The translations under genes and the position numbers were made by a program. The notes under the pieces were generated by a model that saw only the letters and a program-made list of their open reading frames with translations, had not been told where the DNA came from and did not search any database. 32,000 nt of DNA from Ruminococcus albus 7 = DSM 20455 (lineage in GTDB: Bacteria; Bacillota; Clostridia; Oscillospirales; Ruminococcaceae): the NCBI RefSeq assembly GCF_000179635.2, contig NC_014833.1, positions 1,290,001 through 1,322,000 of the forward strand, in the 5' to 3' direction. Of this stretch, positions 26,201 to 32,000 are shown piece after piece. Position 1 is the stretch's first letter. Each line of letters starts with the position of its first letter.

Positions 26201-27474
26201 TTCCGCCAACACTGCATAATGTTCTGGCGAAAGAAGTCTCTCCCCACACGGGGAGAGTGGATTGAAATTTTGCTTCTGCGCTGTTTTCGCCGTACTGTTC
26301 AGGTCTCTCCCCACACGGGGAGAGTGGATTGAAATATAAACGGTCCAGACGTATCCTTAAAATGGCAGAGTCTCTCCCCACACGGGGAGAGTGGATTGAA
26401 ATCATTGGGAATCATCTCCTTTGCAAAAATGGGTTAGTCTCTCCCCACACGGGGAGAGTGGATTGAAATTCTTCTGTTTTCATGCCATGTTTGTTGGATA
26501 TTGTCTCTCCCCACACGGGGAGAGTGGATTGAAATTTTGCAGTTGAGTTCCAGTGCCTTGCGTACCCGGGTCTCTCCCCACACGGGGAGAGTGGATTGAA
26601 ATTTAAAACATTTCGGGCAGAAAAAACTTAGAGTTGTGTCTCTCCCCACACGGGGGGAGTGGATTGAAATTGCTATGCCCTCAAATGTTTTCGCACGATT
26701 TCTAGTCTCTCCCCACACGGGGAGAGTGGATTGAAATATTGGATTTACCGTCAAGCATATCTGCTTTCGGGTCTCTCCCCACACGGGGAGAGTGGATTGA
26801 AATTCTGAACCGCCTCCGCCTGTGCCATCGCCATAAGGTCTCTCCCCACACGGGGAGAGTGGATTGAAATTTTATGAACTTAAACAATCCCCAAAAGTTG
26901 TCCGCAGTCTCTCCCCACACGGGGAGAGTGGATTGAAATGACCAGTCTGTACCGTTTGAACACAGGTCTATCGTCTCTCCCCACACGGGGAGAGTGGATT
27001 GAAATAATATGTATATTGCTCGCGCTTGATGAATCTACGCCGTCTCTCCCCACACGGGGAGAGTGGATTGAAATAGCAGTTACTACGCCGCCCGAAGTTA
27101 CGGTTGCGTCTCTCCCCACACGGGGAGAGTGGATTGAAATATCAACGGTTAGTGTCATAGTGCTGTTACCGTTGTCTCTCCCCACACGGGGAGAGTGGAT
27201 TGAAATAATAATATATATCCTGGACTAACTGAGGTTCAGGGTCTCTCCCCACACGGGGAGAGTGGATTGAAATTCTCTAACCCAGCTCAGAAGTTCAAAA
27301 AGACAAAGGTCTCTCCCCACACGGGGAGAGTGGATTGAAATAAATCAGCTATGCCCGATGTGGTATTGTAGCCTGGTCTCTCCCCACACGGGGAGAGTGG
27401 ATTGAAATATTCGTCCGCCCCCTCGATGATTAGTGTGCAACGTCTCTCCCCACACGGGGAGAGTGGATTGAAAG
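23206..27474 (+). CRISPR. Type I-C CRISPR array with 64 repeats and 63 spacers
   Basis: 33-nt repeat GTCTCTCCCCACACGGGGAGAGTGGATTGAAAT, with an internal 8-bp stem and an I-C-like ATTGAAAT 3' end. Spacers are 33-37 nt. Variant repeats are at 25700-25732 (C8T) and 26638-26670 (A19G). The last repeat is cut at nt 32/33 by the IS66 end. Confidence 0.98.
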
Positions 27475-27500
27475 TAAGCGTATAACCCCCCGCATCATAA

Positions 27501-27530
27501 AAGCAAACAGCCGGGCAGATAACACCCGGC
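27501..27530 (-). terminator. Weak hairpin terminator after the IS66 fourth ORF
   Basis: Stem GCCGGG/CCCGGC (27510-27530). On the minus strand it is followed by TGTTTGCTTTT. Confidence 0.35.
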
Positions 27531-27537
27531 CGTAACA

Positions 27538-28076
27538 TCATATTCTGGCTTTGATTTCTCCATTTCTCTTTGCGTCCATGTATATTTCTTTGAAATCAGC
27601 TTTGCTGTTCGGACCGAATATGATCGGCATAACAGATACCAGGCCATCGGAAATGATCGCATTTTTAAATGGCAGAAGCGCTGCATCAAGCAAAGTTGGC
27701 ATCGGTGCATTTCTCAGCATTTCCTCCCAACTGCTGACAATGCCGTTTACAAGAAAAACAGAATTGTCATCGATCGATATAAATACCGATCCCTTTTTCC
27801 AATGTCGCTCAATGATAAATCTGCCGGTGATGCACCCTTTCCAGCTTTTAAGTATCTCCATGTGTTCTTCGGGCAGATCCGATCGCTCAAGATAATCATC
27901 AATGATCCATGTCCGTTCCCATAAAAAGTGGGCAACCTCCGCAGCGTCCTGTGGGTCGATCATTCCTTGCCCGAAATAATCTTCCTCAGGAAGTATATGA
28001 TATTCTCTGTTCACATAGTCAAGCAGTGGAAAAACAGTTCATAAAACAGCTTTGCATCTTCATTACTAAGTTTCAT
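27538..28076 (-). pseudogene. IS66 passenger/fourth ORF, frameshifted in a homopolymer tract
   Basis: A strong SD (GGAGGGAAG) and the ATG at 28076 open MKLSNEDAKLFYELFFHCLTM*. The long ORF 27538..28014 (VNREYHILPEED...) continues in another frame. The frames meet at the T5 run (plus-strand A5, 28030-28034). Confidence 0.55.
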
Positions 28077-29577
28077 TTTCTTCCCTCCATGGTAATAATA
28101 TCGTCCCCGCAGGCTGTGAAAACAGCTCGGTCAGGTATTTCTCAGCATCAACACCGTTCGCCTGTGCAGTTGAAATGATCGAATACAGCGTTGCACTTGA
28201 TCTGGCTCCGTTTGCTGTATTTGAAAACAGCCAATTTTTTCGGCCTAACGCAAACGGTCTTATTGCGTTTTCGGCTCTGTTGTTGTCGATAGGCACGTCT
28301 CCGTTTTCAAGAAACGTGTAAAGATATTTCCGTTCATTCAACGCATATCTTACTGCATCTGTCAGCTTGCCCTTACCACTGACCTGAACATTTTCAAGCC
28401 ACGCAAAAAACTCGTCAAGCAAAGGCTTTACCTTCACAAGGCGCTGTTTATATCTGTATTCTGTGGAGCTGTCGGCAAGCAGATTTTCTTCGTGATATAT
28501 CTTGTTGAAATATTCTACTGCCTTTGCCGCAACAGAAGTGCTGTGCAGCTTTTGGTCGTTCGGAAGAGCCTGAATAAAACCACGCCTTGCATGAGTCATA
28601 CAGCCGCATCGCTTAGCACCCTCGACTGCATTGTAGGCATCGTATCCGTCACAGATAAGATAGCCGATAAATCCTTTCAGGAAATTCGAGGCGTGCTCAC
28701 CCTTTCGTGTCGGCTGATAATCGAAAATGATGATGCTCCTGTCATTCATTTTGCCGTTGCAGTAGACCCACATTCTTGATGTCGTGGTAGGCTTTCGGCC
28801 TTCCTCGTGAAGCACCTGAACGGTCGTTTCATCGGCATGGATCATCTGCCCTGCGATAAGCATCTCATGCATTTTCTCCACAATCGGCAAACACCATTTT
28901 TCGGCAGCAGTGCCTACCCAATTAGACATAGTCGCTTTGAGCAGAGGTATGTTTTTGGAATTAAAGTCCTTTTCCTGACGGTGCAGAGGTACTGACTTTG
29001 CATATTTTTCGTAGATGATATGAGCCAGAAGTTCGGGAGAGCAATAGCTTCCCGGGATCATAGCGTGAGGATATGGCGCACGGATGATATGACAAGGTTC
29101 GTCCCTTTCTTCGGGCTTTTCTCCGCACTCGGGACACTTGTACTTATGTACTATATGCCTGCGGATATGATATTTTGGCGGCGTAAATATAAGTTCATCG
29201 TAAGCCTTTTCGGGAGTCAGTTCTTCCATTTCGGCGCCGCATATTTCGCATACCGGGTTGTCAATTTTGTGATGTTCTTCTTTTACAGGCAGATTGTTCA
29301 TCCATTCATCGTGAGTGCGTTTTTTCTTGCGCTTGTGTTCGGGAACAGTAATTGTTTCGGCAGATTTAGCTGCGGATTTTTCTTCATTGTTTCCGAACAT
29401 GGAAAGCTGAACACCGAACTCCTTTTCCATAACAACAGATGTCTGCTCTGTTTTTCTTCCGAATATCTGCTTTCTGAACCACGCTAACTGCTGATTGGCA
29501 AGTGCTAGTTCTTCCTTGAGAACAGCGTTTTCATTACGGAGCGATACAATTTCCGATGTCATATTTGGTTCGGACAT
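28066..29577 (-). CDS. tnpC: IS66-family transposase (TnpC)
   Basis: The preferred start is the ATG at 29577 (MSEPNMTSEIVSLRNENAVLKEEL...) after GGAGGGG. It has a leucine-zipper-like N-terminus, a Zn-finger (CEICG...CPECG) and a DDE core (HADETT...). Confidence 0.9.
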   Translation of the reverse strand: MSEPNMTSEIVSLRNENAVLKEELALANQQLAWFRKQIFGRKTEQTSVVMEKEFGVQLSMFGNNEEKSAAKSAETITVPEHKRKKKRTHDEWMNNLPVKEEHHKIDNPVCEICGAEMEELTPEKAYDELIFTPPKYHIRRHIVHKYKCPECGEKPEERDEPCHIIRAPYPHAMIPGSYCSPELLAHIIYEKYAKSVPLHRQEKDFNSKNIPLLKATMSNWVGTAAEKWCLPIVEKMHEMLIAGQMIHADETTVQVLHEEGRKPTTTSRMWVYCNGKMNDRSIIIFDYQPTRKGEHASNFLKGFIGYLICDGYDAYNAVEGAKRCGCMTHARRGFIQALPNDQKLHSTSVAAKAVEYFNKIYHEENLLADSSTEYRYKQRLVKVKPLLDEFFAWLENVQVSGKGKLTDAVRYALNERKYLYTFLENGDVPIDNNRAENAIRPFALGRKNWLFSNTANGARSSATLYSIISTAQANGVDAEKYLTELFSQPAGTILLPWREENET

Positions 29578-29669
29578 AAAGCACCCCTCCGTTCGTGATG
29601 ATACTTTAATGATACCACGAAAAGAGGGGCTTTTCAAGCACATATTCTGAATATTCGGTAAGTATTGCC

Positions 29670-30026
29670 TTAATACAGCGCCCCCGGCTTTCCCTCACGG
29701 ATAGCCTTCGGCTGCTCTATTTTCAAGCCTTCCAGAAGCCAGCGAATTTGCTGAGATGTGAGCATTACTGCTTCGGTCTCACTGCGCGGCCACTGGAATC
29801 TTCCGTTGTCAAGGCGCTTGTACAACAGCAGAAAACCATCGCCCTCCCACAGCAGACCTTTGATGCGGTCACAACGTCTGCCGCAGAACAAAAACAATGC
29901 TTTCGAGAACGGGTCAAGTCGAAGCTGAGCCTGAACGATAGTCGCAAGTCCGTCTATCCCGCGTCGAAGGTCGGTGTATCCCGTAACAAGATAGACCTGT
30001 GCGTCCGCTGCCAGATCATTCAGCAT
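29670..30026 (-). CDS. tnpB: IS66 Orf2 (TnpB)
   Basis: 118 aa. Contains VYLVTGYTDLRRGIDGLATIV...FLFCGRRCDRIKGLLWEGDGF..., typical of IS66 Orf2. Its start overlaps the tnpA stop (ATGCTGA). Confidence 0.9.
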   Translation of the reverse strand: MLNDLAADAQVYLVTGYTDLRRGIDGLATIVQAQLRLDPFSKALFLFCGRRCDRIKGLLWEGDGFLLLYKRLDNGRFQWPRSETEAVMLTSQQIRWLLEGLKIEQPKAIREGKPGALY

Positions 30027-30337
30027 AGCTCATGCACCAAAGCGGTCAGAGTGTCCGCAGATATATCTGCCGGAAGAGATATTTGAAGTCCGTTTTTCTC
30101 AATGCGGATATTTTCGTTTGAGCAAGGAACTGATACAGGAACGATGGTCGGAGAATTTTCGATATACTTTTCACGAACTTTTCTTAGGCGGTTGTAATAC
30201 GTGTTTGGCTTGATCCCTTTTTCTTTGCACCATTCCCGGATCGTCAGACCGCTTGCCTGCTGTGCTTTGATCTGCGCAGACCATTCCTGAAGCTGCATTT
30301 CTTTTTTGATTGTTGTGATGGATGTTGTTTTGTCCAT
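30020..30337 (-). CDS. tnpA: IS66 Orf1 (TnpA, HTH)
   Basis: The preferred start is the ATG at 30337 (MDKTTSITTIKKEMQLQEWSAQIKAQQASGLTIREWCKEKGI...) after AAGGAGG. Confidence 0.85.
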   Translation of the reverse strand: MDKTTSITTIKKEMQLQEWSAQIKAQQASGLTIREWCKEKGIKPNTYYNRLRKVREKYIENSPTIVPVSVPCSNENIRIEKNGLQISLPADISADTLTALVHELC

Positions 30338-30491
30338 ACCTGTTACCTCCTTGTCTAATCGTCTCCAATGAACTCCATGGATCAATTTGGATTATTCAAT
30401 TTACTTCATGGTGTTCCTTGGAGTTTATTATACTTTATTAGACTTCGGTGGGGTAGGTGCTGGGGGTTATACGCTTACACACTAACAATCC

Positions 30492-30526
30492 AAAAGCACC
30501 GATGTCGTGAAGATATCGGTGCTTTT
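30492..30526. terminator. Bidirectional hairpin terminator downstream of 30590..31453
   Basis: Stem AGCACCGAT/ATCGGTGCT, flanked by AAAA and TTTT. Confidence 0.6.
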
Positions 30527-30589
30527 ACTATAATTATTTCTATTTCACTGTCGTTCACTTAACTCTAAACCTTTTGAAATTGTCCTGCA

Positions 30590-31453
30590 TCAAAAACCGT
30601 TTCGATTTATCAGCAGGTAGTATATAAATAAATACAGATCATCCGTCACATAGAACATTTCTCTGGTGAACTCATACTGTGCGTAAAATTTACCGCTCTC
30701 GCTTATGAAGAAGTTTGCCTCTCTTTTTGCAGCAATAGTCAGCAGATCCTCGCCTATTTCATTTTGGAATTCTTTCGGATCTTTCATTCTTTTATTAGGG
30801 TAAAATCCTACATAGCAATCATCATCTGATTTAGGGATCCAGATCCTATATTTACCGATAGGGATCACCTCAAAGAATTTATTTGCTGCAGGGAAAAATG
30901 AAAATCCAAGCTCCCTGTATTTTTCTTCAATAGGCGCAGTATCAATGATCTTATCAGGATCCCAACCGTGTCTTTCAAGACTGGTATATATCCTGTCGTT
31001 CAGTATCGGAACGATCTCTTTTTCACCATTAAGAATACTCTCAACTATCTTTTCATAGTCTGTACCGAGGTATGTTCCGTCATCAAGATAAAACTCACCG
31101 TTCTCATTGATGAGTATGAATCTAAAAAAAGCTTTCTTTAGGTAAACTACAGCAGCAGGCAAATATTTTATACCGTTGTCTTTTACAAGTTTACGAACTG
31201 CTTCTTCAAGACGAATTCCGTTAAGATGAAGATTTGTATCATCATACTCAAAAGAACCACATGTTACGCCATTGTGATCGCTTAAATACCTTATAAAATG
31301 ATACTCCTTATAAAACTGCATTGCCGCATCAAAAACAGGGATATCATTAAAATGCTTCTCTAATCCTTCACAAAAAACATTGAAATGTTTTTCATAACGT
31401 GGACTGTGTCTATACTGATCATCTATTATAATACTCATTTCTGAACCTTTCAT
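30590..31453 (-). CDS. Hypothetical protein
   Basis: 287-aa ORF. The alternative start at 31438 (MSIIID...) has a better SD (AAAGG). No family recognised. Confidence 0.55.
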   Translation of the reverse strand: MKGSEMSIIIDDQYRHSPRYEKHFNVFCEGLEKHFNDIPVFDAAMQFYKEYHFIRYLSDHNGVTCGSFEYDDTNLHLNGIRLEEAVRKLVKDNGIKYLPAAVVYLKKAFFRFILINENGEFYLDDGTYLGTDYEKIVESILNGEKEIVPILNDRIYTSLERHGWDPDKIIDTAPIEEKYRELGFSFFPAANKFFEVIPIGKYRIWIPKSDDDCYVGFYPNKRMKDPKEFQNEIGEDLLTIAAKREANFFISESGKFYAQYEFTREMFYVTDDLYLFIYYLLINRNGF

Positions 31454-31504
31454 ATTATGTTTGTGCTCTGCGAATGTACGTGTCTCTTTAGATCCAGCGT
31501 ATTG

Positions 31505-31804
31505 TTATATTTGCATAAACGAAGGAAGTGGTTCAGGATAGTCCTTTGCCTTTTCCATAATCATCTTTGTCAAAGCCTTTTTCATAATACTATTCGGATC
31601 ACCGTTTGGACGAATCCAGTCTCTCAAACTATCTTTACCAAGTATCAAAGGCATCCGATCATGAATACTGCTTACAGGATCGACTGCTTCTCTTGTAAGC
31701 ACAGTGAACATCGGTATCTGAATACCTCTATGCTCTTCAAAGCGGTACAATCCTGCCAGGTATGTTATTTCCGTTCCTTCTGGTTGTATCGCATACTTTG
31801 AAGC
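31505..31804 (-). pseudogene. N-terminally truncated SOS-response-associated peptidase (SRAP/YedK-like) fragment
   Basis: The open frame ASKYAIQPEGTEITYLAGLYRFEEHRG...VDPVSSIHDRMPLILGKD... carries SRAP C-terminal motifs (AGL., HDRMP.IL). It is preceded by TGA TAG, and the catalytic N-terminal MCGR is missing. Confidence 0.6.
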
Positions 31805-32000
31805 CTATCACTTTATAGTAACAATCCCGGCATGTTTGATAGCATTTTCAGTATCCCATACGCCACCGACCCTTGCAGCGATAGCTACCTTGTAAGTCTT
31901 GCCGGGGGTGAGATTTTTGGGAGATGTGTAAACTGTATCTGTGATATTCCTAGCTGTATTCGACTTTTATGTTTGTTGGGATGTAAGTGCATCATCTTCT

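Larger units (their letters stand above)
27474..30478 (-). mobile_element. IS66-family element (tnpA-tnpB-tnpC plus a fourth ORF)
   Basis: The left end GTAAGCGTATAACCCCC (27474-27490) is the exact inverted repeat of 30478-30462, 17/17 and then partial. GTAAGCG termini are typical of IS66. It carries the three canonical ORFs. Confidence 0.85.

Noticed and set aside
24786-26837. A 10-mer, GGAGGCGGTT, shared by spacer 24 and the reverse complement of spacer 54; and a 9-mer, CTTAACGCG, shared by spacers 36 and 38
   Set aside because: Given the number of spacer pairs, offsets and orientations, one or two such short matches are expected by chance. The sequences flanking the shared blocks are unrelated.
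23242-27541. About 25 ORFs in the six-frame track across the array, with recurring peptides such as ISIHSPRVGRD, FNPLSPCGER, FQSTLPVWGET and LPTRGEWIEI
   Set aside because: These are translations of the 33-nt CRISPR repeat in different frames joined through spacers. They have no SD sites and no independent coding signal.
31457-31801. 114-aa plus-strand ORF
   Set aside because: It is antisense to the SRAP-like fragment, which has recognisable motifs, and it has no SD.

Overview
This is an accessory region, apparently from a Firmicutes/Clostridia-like genome. That guess rests on strong GGAGG Shine-Dalgarno sites, TTGACA-17-TATAAT promoters and gene content. All calls come from hand translation and motif recognition; no database search was possible. 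From left to right the window holds: a partial membrane-anchored ORF; a WYL-domain regulator; a BspA-type leucine-rich-repeat protein; a hypothetical gene with an IS1595-family element inserted just after its stop codon; a small operon of YqiA-like esterase, 109-aa protein and tandem CX5R phosphatase-like protein; and a phage/ICE-derived block. That block contains an Xis-like HTH, a YqaJ exonuclease, a Rad52-like annealing protein, a Zn-ribbon amidoligase, a class-II glutamine amidotransferase and a DUF960-like protein. Next come an AT-rich HExxH protein, a truncated second IS1595 copy, and a complete type I-C CRISPR-Cas locus (cas3 | cas5c-cas8c-cas7c-cas4-cas1-cas2). The locus has a 64-repeat, 63-spacer array (23206-27474) whose distal repeat is interrupted by a 3-kb IS66-family element. 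A hypothetical gene and an SRAP pseudogene fragment end the window. The most interesting signal is in the cas3/cas5c intergenic region. It holds an antisense, degenerate CRISPR-repeat-like unit with its own promoter and terminator. Its pseudo-spacer matches two TTC-flanked sites in the Cascade-operon promoter, with mismatches only at positions 6 and 12. This looks like a CreR/CreA-type self-regulatory crRNA-like RNA for a type I-C system.
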